24,364 nucleotides of DNA from Macrostomum lignano (Eukaryota): the NCBI GenBank assembly GCA_002269645.1, contig NIVC01003380.1, positions 76,429 to 100,792 of the forward strand, written 5' to 3'. This document shows positions 10,543-21,590 of this stretch, in pieces; positions within the stretch are counted from its first letter, which is position 1; the number at the start of each line of letters is the position of its first letter. Below the pieces are notes generated by a model. That model did not search any database. It was given only the letters and a program-made list of their open reading frames with translations, and was not told the DNA's origin. Both the position numbers and the translations under genes were made by a program.

Positions 10543-12247
10543 ATGATTTCGCAACTAATAATACTTTGTTTGCTATCCACCGGTAAGATACCTAATCCAT
10601 TTCGCAACTCACTTTGACCCAAATATCCCTGAACTCCCAATTAATTGCTTATTTCAGCCACCTGCGTGACTGCCAGCCAAGCTCCTGAGCAAGAGTACTA
10701 CCTGGTCGATGAGCCCGTTACCATCAACGCCTCGGTGAGCAGCGAAGTGATCAATGTGACGGGGTGGCTTCCGAGATCGACTGCGTGACGAGGTGCCTGT
10801 CGAGAGGCTGCTCAGTGGCGGTGGCTCACGAGAGCATCGGGCTCTGCCAAATGGCCATGGTGTACGAAGGCCACTCGTCCGGGAGTCGCGTGCAGAGGCT
10901 GCTGGGCTCGGAGGCCGGAGCCAGGGTCTGGACGTTCGACGCACCGCTAATTCACCTAAACTTCAGCATTGAGTTTCTCAGTAAGGACTTCTGCAAAATT
11001 CCAAAGTTTCGTTAGATCTGCGAATATTTATCTCTCTATGCTAAACTCCATCTTCCAGACTCCAGCACCGGTAGAAACGGCACCATCCAGCAGCTGCTGA
11101 TCGACACCACCCACTGCTACCGGATTGAAGCTGCCGGTGCCAGCGGGAGTCCCGGGGCTCGACAACCGAGCGGTCGAGGAGCTGTCATGGCAGGCAACTT
11201 CAGCCTGACTGCCGGCACCCTGCTGACCATTGTTGTCGGACAGCAGGGGGCCCCGCTAGCGGTGATGGCGGCGGAGGTGGCGGCGGAGGCAGCTTTGTGT
11301 ACACTGTCAACGCCTCTGGCAACCCGCTGCTGCTGCTAGCTGCTGGCGGAGGCGGCGGTGGCTGCTACTATGACGCTGGTAAGTGCCAGAGCAGGGTCTC
11401 GTCTGACTGCTGAATCACCTGTTTGAGATGAGAGCCTTCATGCGAACGCGAGCATTGGTTATCAAAGAAGAATGAAGCGGATTAAAAAAAATTAAAGAGA
11501 TAATTAACAATTATTTTCTTGATTAGGACTCATTATTTGACATCATCAGGGTTGAATTATTTAACGAACGAGTGACTGAGCAAATTTAAAGTATGTACAG
11601 CTAGAGGAGAATGAGCAAAAGCAATGACTATGGCCCTAACCTTTGATTGATGGATTGGTTGATTGATTGATTGACTTATTGATTGATTGGTTATTTACAA
11701 GCTTACTACTTACTATTAGTAGTCAGTTATCAAAGTTAAAGCTCCTGTCGTGTTTCAAAATTCAGGTGCTGATGGCTCAGGAGACGAAAGAGGCACGAAC
11801 TCAGTTGCTGGGGATTCTGATTACTCTGGCTACGGCGGCAGCAACGGTCAGGCGGGCTTCAGCAATTCTGATAATAATGACGAAGACTACTACCCCGGCG
11901 GCTGCGGCGCCGGCTGGTTTGGCAAGAATACCAACGCTAAAGCCACGCAGCACGACGGCGACCACGGTGGAAGCTTGGCTGACGGCTGGGTCGGCGGAGC
12001 CGTTAACACCAACTATAACGGCGGAACCGGAGGGTTCGGAGGCGGCGGCGGTGGCGGCAGCACCCCCACGAACGACAATGGCGGCGGCGGAGGCGGCGGC
12101 TTCAGCGGTGGCGGCGCCGCTGGCAATCACGGTGGCGGAGGCGGCGGCTCCTTCTGCGGCGGCCGCGGCTGCGCCGCCATCAGCGGCGGCAACACCGGCA
12201 GCGACCAGGGCTTCGTCAAGGTGCAGTCGGTCCTGGATTGCGATTGA
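10543..12247 (+). pseudogene. Paralog A: signal peptide + PAN/apple-like + ALK/LTK-type glycine-rich domain; two 1-bp deletions (pseudogene or sequencing errors). Exons 10543-10582, 10658-10980, 11059-11378, 11766-12247
   Basis: MISQLIILCLLST|ATCVTASQ...; all introns GT-AG and phase 1, with the same structure as paralog B. Exon 3 has IQQLLIDTTHCYRIEAAGASG...GNFSLTAGTLLTIVVGQQG...GGGGSFVY...LLLLAAGGGGG; exon 4 = ORF 11750..12247 ending GGNTGSDQGFVKVQSVLDCD*. Frameshifts: missing C at ~10760 (gtgac-gggg vs gtgaccgggg in B) and 5 G rather than 6 at 11246-11250. Confidence 0.8.
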
Positions 12248-14030
12248 ACAGTTTTGATGATAAAACAACTTTGGGTTGAGAATTCGAACGTTTTTGTCAA
12301 TGTTATTTACCAGCCTAAGTAAGATTTCTAGTTAGTTAGAGGCAGGCGGTTGTGTGTAGCCTGGCGCACTTTAGGCGCGACATTGGCACACAACCGGCGA
12401 GAGCCATTACTGGCGCCCATTCCGCCGAATCCCCTGAGCAGGCACACAAGCCCGCGGATACGTACGCAGTCATACGCACAGGCACACACTCACACAGGAG
12501 TTTACAGCGGCCCTGACTTTATTTATCGTTAGGCATGTACACTTCACTGTGCCTTGGGGGTTGGGCCTCAAAGACGTTAATTTCAGGAGCAGAGCCAAGC
12601 CGAGATTCCAATTCAGCCCCAAATTAATGTGACTGCACTTGGTATCGAGCCTGGGCTGCTGGCACATCAGAGCGCCACGTTGGACCGCTGGGCTTCAGCC
12701 CCCTACCCGTGACCTGACACAACAATTCTATATAGCACATGCATACGGTTATTATTACTACTAGTACATTTTCTTCTTCGTAAACATCATGTACTTTCTG
12801 CTAGAAATTGCCTTCATAGTTGCTCCTGTTCTTTTTGCTTTTTTTGCTGTATTTTTCTTTCACAAAGTAAAAAAGGTTTTTCAATCTGTGATATTTAATT
12901 TGGGCCCTTTGGGCCAGTAAGCAACTTCTCTCGGACCTCCCCATGAGGGTGTAATTCGAATTTGTAATTTTGCTGTTACACCCTATCGCTCAGCGTGGTG
13001 ATTACGTAATATACGCCCCGCAGTGTAAAGTGGAAGTTGTGCAACATGCAATTAGGGAGATTCAAGAGAAGTTGTTTACTTGTGCAAGTTTTAAATGTTG
13101 CCATTTCTCTAAGCTCTGCATCATTAACAACCCGATTTGTTCGATTTCGATCGCAGCTTGTGCACTATGCAGTTCTTTATAACAAATAAACATTGCACAA
13201 AAGAATTTTAACACCTGATTCTTATTGTTATTTGAAAATCGTTGTACACGCCGCAGAGGTGTTCCATTTTAATTATTTAAGCTAAAGTTAAATGTTTGCG
13301 GTTAACAATCTTCTCTGTCAAGTAATGTCGCCCATGGGCCATACTACCGAACATCGGTTAAGGAAGCAACTTCTTCGGTTCTAGGAAAGTCTGTTTCTCA
13401 AAAAACCTGTGCTTAATGTGCTTAAAAAGCAGTACAGAAGTGTTTTGAGTGAGTATTGTCAGCTCAACTAAAAGGGTCTGAAAGTCAGCAGAAAATTGAA
13501 AGGGGAGGAGAGAAGCCTCCTACCCTGCTGACGCTGAGCACCTGTCCTCCTGCCCCTCTCGTCCATTTAGTTGCCAAGTGCCTTTGTTGCCAAGGCGATC
13601 TTCTAAGTTATTAACCCGGCCCCCGCCAAAAGAGGAGGAAGATGCTTCTAACTTCTCAACACCCAACAAGAGTTTCTACTCCTGATCATTGTTCTTTGCT
13701 CAGCAAGACTCGCCTGCCGCCTTACTGGTCTTTGCTTTTGTTTTAAGAGGCTCCCAAATTCACTGGCAAAAACTGAGACAAAAGCTGAAAGCTGCCAGGG
13801 AAGCCTGACAGGATTGAGAGGCTGGCGTATTGACCGAAGGGTAAAAATAGCGATGAAGAGGTTGTTTACCTGCCTTCCTTGTGGTATACTTAGGCTATTT
13901 AGCAAAATTCTCGCACCACAGAAATTGTGAGGCTCTCCTAATAAGCAGGGGTTCAAGTCTTTTTTCAAGGCGATACAAATCAAGACTAACCCTGATTTTA
14001 TAATATTCAATCCTAGTTTTCTTTACTGAA

Positions 14031-16361
14031 ATGATTTCGCAAATAGTACTACTTAGCCTGCTCTCCACCGGTAAGATACCTAATCCATTCCGCAACTCAC
14101 TTTGACCCAAATATCCCTGAACTCCCAATTAATTTGCTGATTTCAGCCACCTGCGTGACTGCCAGCCAAGCTCCTGAGCAAGAGTACTACCTGGTCGATG
14201 AGCCCGTTACCATCAACGCCTCGGTGAGCAGCGAAGTGATCAATGTGACCGGGGTGGCTTCCGAGATCGACTGCGTGACGAGGTGCCTGTCGAGAGGCTG
14301 CTCGGTGGCGGTGGCTCACGAGAGCATCGGGCTCTGCCAGATGGCCATGGTGTACGAAGGCCACTCGTCCGGTATTCGCGTGCAGAGGCTGCTGGGCTCG
14401 GAGGCCGGAGCCAGGGTCTGGACGTTCGACAAGATAAGCTCGGGACCTCGGGACAACAGGACTTTTATAAGTGAGCATTTATTTCTACTCTTTCACTTCG
14501 GCTTGTCTGGAAAGTCGAGAAAATGTGTGAAGCAAGCAAGAAAGAAGCAAGCTGTTGACATGGTGGACAAAGCTCAAGATCCTGACTTTATCGCCAGCCA
14601 AAGTAATAAAAGATCGTTGGCACAGTTCCCTAACAGCAGAAGTCGTAAATTTCAGACACCGGAACCGGCCGGACCGGCTCCATCCAGCAGCTGCTGATCA
14701 ACTCCACCGGGTGCTACCGAATTAAAGCTGCCGGTGCCAGCGGCGGCTCCAGCACAGCCAAATCAGGCGGTCGCGGAGCCGCCATCGCTGGCACCTTCAG
14801 CCTGACAGCCGGTATCCTGCTGACCATTGCTGTCGGACAGCAGGGCGGTGCTGGTGGATCGCTCAGCTGGGGGGGCTACACAGGAGCTGGCGGAGGCGGA
14901 GGCAGCTTCGTGTACACATTTAACACGACTGGTTTGCCAACACTGCTTCTGGCCGCCGGCGGTGGTGGAGGCGCCTGTTACACTACTAATGGTAATGCTT
15001 TTAATGCCTGTTAATCCAATACACTAAAAATGTTCTGTCGGTATGTGTGTGATCGGGCCTGACAATGATCAAGGTGGAATGCTGAGGCACATGTAACAAA
15101 GCTTCTAGTCTAAGAATTCTTGCTAAAAGGGGCTACTTTTCCTGCTGAATCTCTGACATGAATAACAATAGAGACTATCAAACATGGTTGAATGTTTTTT
15201 TAGATTTTTTCTTTAGCTGCCTAAAACACATTGCAGTACGAGACCCCTTGCTACCCCGGCCCTGTCCCCCAGCGACCATGAGAGTGAAATGTAGTATTGT
15301 TAGTGGTAAATGTTTCATTCGAATTTAAAGAAGTTGGAAAAACATCGCAATGGGCCCGTCAACTTAAGCCCATAAAGTGGAGCCTGAGTAACATATGTAC
15401 ACAAATGATACGCCATTATTGTCACAATGGCACTAGAAGGAAGCTGGGTGGTTGCACTAAAAAGCGACGAAAATTGGACTACGTAGGTAGAATAAAAAAT
15501 TAACATAGAATCCGATTTTTCTGAACGAGAAGCTTTATGAATATCAATAGAGCAATAAGAAAGGCGCAAATTATCAAAAGACGAACACTGGATCTGCCTC
15601 CTATCAAAAGCAATAACAATTTTTGTGCTGAAAAAATGAAAACTTCCTATCTCCGCTGTGTATTTTTTTCGGAGGAAACCTGCCTTCAAACATTTTTCAA
15701 AAACGAGGTTTCCTGTCCTTCCACTTAAGCCGTCCTTGATCCGTAACCGTAGCCGCCACTAGCTAGGCAGGATCTCCGTAGTCGCAATCCGTAACCGAAT
15801 TAAGTTTTAGGGTCCTTCTGCTTCGGTTGTCCATCAGTGACTCTAATATCTCGTAAAATATACCCCTCCATGGTTAATATTTCAGGCGCCGCCGGTTCCG
15901 GAGGAACATCCGGTACGGCTTCGATACCCGGTGACACTCCATACTACGGCTACGGAGGAGCGAACGGTCAGCCCGGATCCAACAACCCCGCTGGAAGGAA
16001 AACAGACTCTTACGTCGGTGGCTGCGGCGCCGGGTGGCTGGGAAAGGCAGCAAACCCACCAAGTAACATGTACGATGGAGGTCGAGGCGGCAGTCTGGCT
16101 GATGGCTGGATTTGTGACAGCGCTGGGACTGCTGGCGGCTTCGGTGGCGGAGGCGGAGGAGCTAATTACCCGATGACGAGTCTCAACGCCGGTGGCGGTG
16201 GCGGCGGCTACAGCGGCGGCGGTGCCGGCGTCGCTGGCAATCACGGCGGCGGAGGCGGCGGCTCCTTCTGTGGCGGCAGCGGCTGCGCCGCCAGCAGCGG
16301 CGGCAACACCGGCAGCGACCAGGGCTTCGTCAAGGTGTGGCCGATTGATCAATGCAATTAG
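14031..16361 (+). CDS. Paralog B: intact 391-aa predicted secreted protein, PAN/apple-like module + ALK/LTK-type glycine-rich domain. Exons 14031-14070, 14147-14470, 14656-14991, 15886-16361
   Basis: Exon lengths 40+324+336+476 = 1176 nt (392 codons), all phase-1 GT-AG introns, no internal stop. MISQIVLLSLLSTATCVTA (signal); DCVTRCLSRGCSVAVAHESIGLCQM (4-Cys PAN-like); GRTGSIQQLLINSTGCYRIKAAGASGG...GGRGAAIAGTFSLTAGILLTIAVGQQG...GGGGGSFV...LLLAAGGGGG...GGFGGGGG...GGGGGYSGG...GGGGGGSF...GFVKV (GRD hallmark motifs). No TM segment or kinase. Confidence 0.88.
15440..15738 (-). mobile_element. Diverged CAAGGAC-family element fragment in intron 3 of paralog B
   Basis: Minus strand begins CAAGGAC at 15738, then GGAGATAGGAAGTTTTCATTTTTTCAGCACAAAAATTGTT...CTTTCTTATTGCTCTATTGATATTCATAAAGC, closely matching ~7297-7415 on the plus strand. 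It also shares ttttagtgcaacca with the interior of the 5073-5641 MITE. Left boundary uncertain. Confidence 0.6.
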
Positions 16362-17263
16362 TGGGGCTTTTTGGGAGAAAAGCTAAAATGATGGCGTATC
16401 GAAGGAAACTGGAAGCGAAAATTGCCAAAGCCCTTATAACAAATCATTTTAAAAAGTTTATTTGTTAATTTATTTATAAAATCTCTTTTCGAAGTCATGC
16501 AAGATTTTTTGTGGCAGAGTCAACGAAATTTTGAATAACGCTTTTTCTGCTTTTGAATTTTAATGTTACAATCGTTTTAAGGAAATTTTTACAAACTAAG
16601 CCTAAATTATCATTATTAAACTTTTCTCTGCCTCCAATTTCACTCGCATGCCCTATTGAATGCTGTAGTGTTCGTTGTCGCCAGAATATTTATATTTTTT
16701 TATTCAAAAGGCACCTTTGGCTTTCGCCATTTTTTGTTAAAATCGATTTTTTATTGAAAAATGATTCGTATGCGATAATAGTAGTCCATATATACTTAAT
16801 TTTCTCTGGTGATAATTTATCTTGTTTATGAAGTTATTTTTCTCAAATGCCGGCACGTCAATCAATGCTTTTATTTTGTACCAGATTCTTAATCTTTTTT
16901 TGTTACTCAAGTCCAGCTTATTCTTTTTGTTTATTTATTCTAAACTAAACTTATTGCTTAACTTTTCAACCGTATTTATCCGCTACGACGCGTCTATTTT
17001 AATTGAAACAGTTGAAACTCACTACTCGAATATACGAAATATACTACTACCCTTGTCCACGTAGTTTTGCACATTTTTGCATGAAGCACTATCAGCTAGC
17101 TACTCAGATACCTATAATGTGCCCGTTGTTTAGTTTTGGAAGTGCAGCGGATAAAGTGAGGTACAAATAACATGCAAGATTGGATCAGCTGATAGACATC
17201 GATGCAGTCTGCTGGACACGATAACAATAATAATTATGATTGCACCTACCCTAATTGGGCCAG

Positions 17264-17491
17264 ATGTGCAACCGTTAGACGCAATGCAACCTATTAGACA
17301 GAATGCAACCTGTTAGACACAATGCAACCTGTTAGACACAATGCAACCTATTAGACAGAATGCAACCTGTTAGACACAATGAAACCTGTTAGACACAATT
17401 AAACCTGTTATACACAATGCAACCTGTTAGACACAATGCAACATATTAGAAACAATGCAACCTGTTAGACACAATGCAACCTGTTAGACAC
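17264..17491. repeat. Minisatellite, 19-bp unit (aatgcaacctgttagacac), about 12 copies
   Basis: Direct reading; head-to-tail units with point variants (ctatt/ctgtt, cag/cac) and no unique spacers. Confidence 0.95.
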
Positions 17492-18399
17492 GATGGAATA
17501 GATTTTTTGGAGCAGTCGTGGCAGTTGGGTACGATGGCTGACAACCAGGAAAGGGACCTTAAGCGGCTCAAGGAAGGAACTGGAGTAGCCTCTTCTTGGT
17601 GTGTCAGGATACAAACTAAGATCCTGCTTGCTTCTGTAACGGCCTATTATAATGTTGTATAACTACGAGTACATAACTCTTTTAATCATTGTTGCATACA
17701 TAATTCTTTGTTCTCAAAACTAGCCTTATCTATTAACTCTTGCCTTATCGATTCATATTTGCGCATAAATAGAATCTTAATACTTACCGCCTTTTTCTTG
17801 CGTATTTTACGAGTAAACTGCTGACACTTTATTATTAGTATTAGATGTTTATTTTGTTAGAAAATTAGTAACTTCAGCGCGCATCTCTGATAAAAACTTT
17901 TCAATAAGAATATTTTTGTTTTAAACTATCCGCCATTTTTAGTAATAAGAGTATAAATACAAGCGTATTAGCCTCTCTAGAAGGCAACTTGTGCTGGCTT
18001 GAAATTAGGCCTGGCGCCGAAAGAACAGTTTGTTCTAAAAATAGCCTTGTGTCAGACGTGTTAAACATTCGCCGACACTTATTCAGAAACTTCTACAGAC
18101 ACTTTAGTTTCTGTCGTACGAATCGTAGGAACAAGCATTAAATTTGTTTATTCCTAACAAACTTTCAGTAAAATGCTTTATTTTAAGCTTTTTTGCTTTA
18201 TTTTATTAAATATGAATCATGAAATTTGTTATTCTGCATAGATTCTCTTCACGTGAAGAAGAATGTCAAATTTGTCCAGGACACTTCCTAATTCATATTT
18301 AATAAAATAAAGCAAAAAAAGCTTAAAATAAAACATTGGCTTTTTTGGCTTAAAAACTGTGGGAGGGTAAGGGAGTGAGACGTCCCTCTGGTAAATAAA

Positions 18400-18960
18400 C
18401 CAGATAACACCACAAGATAATTTGCGAATCTTGTCAGATTCACTACCGATTTCCTTGTTTGAGGTGCGAAACTGGTGAAACCACCAGATTCGTCACCAGG
18501 TAATTTTTTGTTTTCTTGTTTGACTGTTATCTGGTGAGTTATCTGAATTTCACCAGATAACATGGCCCGAATCTTGCTTAGAAATCAGATTACATGACAA
18601 AATTTGCCACCAGATAATTTTTTGTTTTCTTGTGTGATTGAATCTTGTTTGAATCGGAATTTCACATGATAATATGGTGCGAATCTTGTTTGAAAATCAG
18701 ATAACAGTACAAGATTCGCCACCAGGTAATTTTTTGTTTTCTTGTTTGATTGAATCTTGTTTGAATCGGAATTTCACAGGATAACATGGTGCGAATCTTG
18801 TTTGAAAGACAGATAACAGTACAAGATTTAAATCAGGATAACTGTGCTTTATCTAGTCTGTAAGAAACCTGTGTGAATCTGAAATTTACCGGATAAAAGG
18901 ATGCGAATCTGGTTTGCAAACCAGATAATGGAAAAAGATTTTAATCAAGATGCCTTTGTG
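18400..18960. repeat. Left subterminal repeat array, including ~112-114-bp tandem units (about 3 copies)
   Basis: caccag(a/g)taattttttgttttcttg recurs at 18494, 18608 and 18720; many gaatcttg and gataac motifs. Confidence 0.85.
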
Positions 18961-19352
18961 TTATCCGGTCTGTAAGAACCCGTTGTACTTTTCACCCATA
19001 TTTTTTTCAGAATTTCGTGATCCAGGCCTGATTTATTAATTGATTTCCAAATGAAGGCCCGGATCAGCATTTTTAGCCCGGAATAGCCCCTTTTTCCGGA
19101 AATGTGATCCTGCAAAAGTTCGGGAAAAAGGAAAGCTGTTCCGGCTGCATTTTCCAAAATTTTTCACCTTGAACACTGCTAAATTCTAATTGTAGACCCA
19201 AATTTCAGGTTTTCCAAATGAAAATGTTCTGGATGAGATTTCAGGAGTTCAGTCGGAATTCCTCAGTGATCTAGACCAAGTGATTCGGCAAATCCACAGG
19301 GATCAGCTCCCATTGACTCGAATCTCTATGAAGTTATGGATAAGACTGGACT

Positions 19353-19801
19353 TCGCGTCTGTTGTGGCTCAAGGCAGCTGCTATGCTGACCTGCGATGGA
19401 TAATCAATCCTCGCTTCTGTTGTGGCTCAAGGCAGCTGCTATGCTGACCTGCGATGGATAATCGATCCTCGCTTCTGTTGGGACTCAAGGCAGCTCATAA
19501 GCTGACCTGCGATGGATAATCAATCCTCGCGTCTGTTGGGACTCAAGGCAGCTAATATGCTGACCTGCGATGGATAATCAATCCTCGCTTCTGTTGGGAC
19601 TCAAGGCAGCTAATAAGCTGACCTGCGATGGATAATCAATCCTCGCTTCTGTTGGGACTCAAGGCAGCTCATAAGCTGACCTGCGATGGATAATCAATCC
19701 TCGCGTCTGTTGGGACTCAAGGCAGCTCATAAGCTGACCTGCGATGGATAATCAATCCTCGCTTCTGTTGGGACTCAAGGCAGCTGATAAGCTGACCTGC
19801 G
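19353..19801. repeat. Tandem array of a 58-bp unit, about 8 copies, plus a degenerate copy at ~20213-20265
   Basis: Unit ctcgcttctgttgggactcaaggcagctcataagctgacctgcgatggataatcaatc; tgacctgcga recurs at 19561 and 19619. Confidence 0.95.
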
Positions 19802-19839
19802 AGGGGTAAAGTGCCATATATCAGCAAACGCTAGCGCTC

Positions 19840-20558
19840 GTAATGTGAGGCCGTGCCCACCCTCCCTGCAGGTGATAGCTTTGTTTGCTCCGACAAACTA
19901 TTGCATTCTTATTGTGCTGGAGAGGTTTGACTCCCAATGGCATGTAGTCTGTCGCGGTTACTTAGTGTATCAGATTACCCTATTATCTGGTGCAGCTGAG
20001 TGTCTAGATGGAGCTGTGGCATGGTTCCAAAAGCTCCTACTGGCCCAGTTCTAAGGTAAGCCTTTTTTAAGACAGACGTTCTTCTAGCTCTTGCTAGAGC
20101 ATGCTCCATTGGGTTGTCTAAAGCGTCTGCAGTGTTGGTGTATGGTCACCAGTGAGTGATAATTGAACCCGCTTCAACCGATGAATCAAAGTTGAGCAGT
20201 TGACTGAAAATGCTGACCTACGAGGGGTAATCAAACCTCGCGTCTGTTGTGGCTCAAGGCAGCGGCTAAGAGTAGTCACTTTTATTTGACTACGCGGGTC
20301 AATCTTTCATCCGAGGGGTAATAAAGCCTCGAAATTGCAAGGTGAATTGATCTGCTTTTCGGCGGCTCTGTAGCGTCCGTAATGTGAGGCTGTGCCCATC
20401 CTCCGTACAGGTGACAATAGAAAAATTGTTGCGCCCTGATTGTGTGCGAGAGGTTTGACTACCACTGGCATGTCGTCCATCGCACTAGCGACATCTGGAA
20501 CGCCAAGTCGGTTGGATATTACCTTTGGCATACGGGATTGCGAAGACAATTAGGTAAG
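19840..20558 (+). repeat. Two diverged direct copies of an exon-like cassette (19840-20060 and 20379-20558)
   Basis: Both begin gtaatgtgagg.(c/t)gtgccca.cctcc...cag|gtga, contain gagaggtttgact..ca.tggcatgt.gtc, and end ag|gtaag. Confidence 0.7.
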
Positions 20559-21352
20559 AGTTTCCAGCGTAGTCGGCATTTCGTGGACGCAACGAAGCCA
20601 GCGCCGCGCGAGCCGGCGCATCAGATGATAGCATTCACCTTGTCTCCGGTCTACGAGCAGCCGATCAACGAAAGCCAGTTGATTCCGGACGACGACTATG
20701 CTACGAATGACAATTCTATCGACGCAGCTGACATTACTAGTGAACAGTCTTACAATCTGGCAATGATTGTCGGCGAACCGTCGCTGTCTGTTAGAGCTAG
20801 ACGATCGAGCGTGTATGTACATTACTGTTTCTTTATAACTGTGTATATTTCGGAGAAACTGCCTTCCATCGCCATCGCCATTTAATTTAACTTTAATAAT
20901 GCAGAGTCGTTCCATTGCGCCGGCATATAATGCAAGCCCCCGTCAGTGGTCTCATTAATCGCCTTCCGTGCGCGCGACCCGATCTTTCAAACGTCTGGCT
21001 CACGCGTCGACTGCCATCAGAGTCGCGTCCGAGTACAGCAGGTCCGACCTGCGACTCAGCACCAGCTCGCAGCAGATCACCAATTCAGTAGTATCAATTA
21101 GTAGCCACAGTATAAGTAGGTCTACTTATAACTGGACTGTCGAAACTCATACGTATGCCACGCTGTTCTCCAGAAGTTTTCGTTCCTGTTGAGCTTGTTC
21201 CTGTTCCTTGTTTAGTTTGTATAAGGCGCTTACAAAGTACAACCCGCTGTTAAATATAGAGATGCTACTCATAAAATCTTGAATCACCAACTTCTTATAC
21301 GCATCTTTACTGCGAAATTTGATGTCAATGCCTTCCGGCTTCTTTCGCATGG

Positions 21353-21590
21353 ATTACCCGACTGTTACCTGCTCAGCGAATCCTTTTTGCCAGACAGGAT
21401 AACAAACAAGATAACAAACAGGATAACACGATGTTTCCCTGCAGGATTCGCATGAATTACCCGACTGTTACCTGGTCAGCGAATCCTGTTTGCCAGACAG
21501 GATAACAAACAAGATAACACGATGTTTCCCTGCAGGATTCGCACGAATTACCCGGCTGTTACCTGGGCAGCAAATCCTTTTTGAATCTTG
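21353..21590. repeat. Internal tandem repeat, ~91-103-bp unit, about 2.5 copies, containing the subterminal aaacaagataac motif
   Basis: attaccc(g) recurs at 21353, 21456 and 21547. Confidence 0.85.

Noticed and set aside
10224-10640. Minus-strand ORFs sharing MGVQGYLGQSELRNGLGILPV (also 13895..14128) as a gene family
   Set aside because: They are the antisense reading of the duplicated exon 1/intron 1 of the glycine-rich paralogs.
11667-12268. Ala-rich ORFs 11667..12257 (+) and 11801..12268 (-), and likewise 15882..16352, 15931..16176 and 16192..16386
   Set aside because: Alternative-frame or antisense shadows of GGC-rich glycine codons in the true exon 4.
17264-17491. CRISPR-like repeat
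   Set aside because: Simple tandem 19-mers without spacers.
19353-19801. CRISPR array or HDV-like/hammerhead ribozyme array
   Set aside because: Units are head-to-tail with no unique spacers, there are no cas genes and the context is eukaryotic. TCCTCGC and GCGATGG recall HDV L3 and J4/2, but I could build only a 2-bp P3 and a 5-bp P1 with two G-U pairs. No hammerhead CUGAUGA/GAAA core.
20550-21350. Transposase remnant in the 5.3-kb element
   Set aside because: No DDE, zinc-finger or Transposase_21-type motif could be recognised by eye. Left unassigned pending a profile search.
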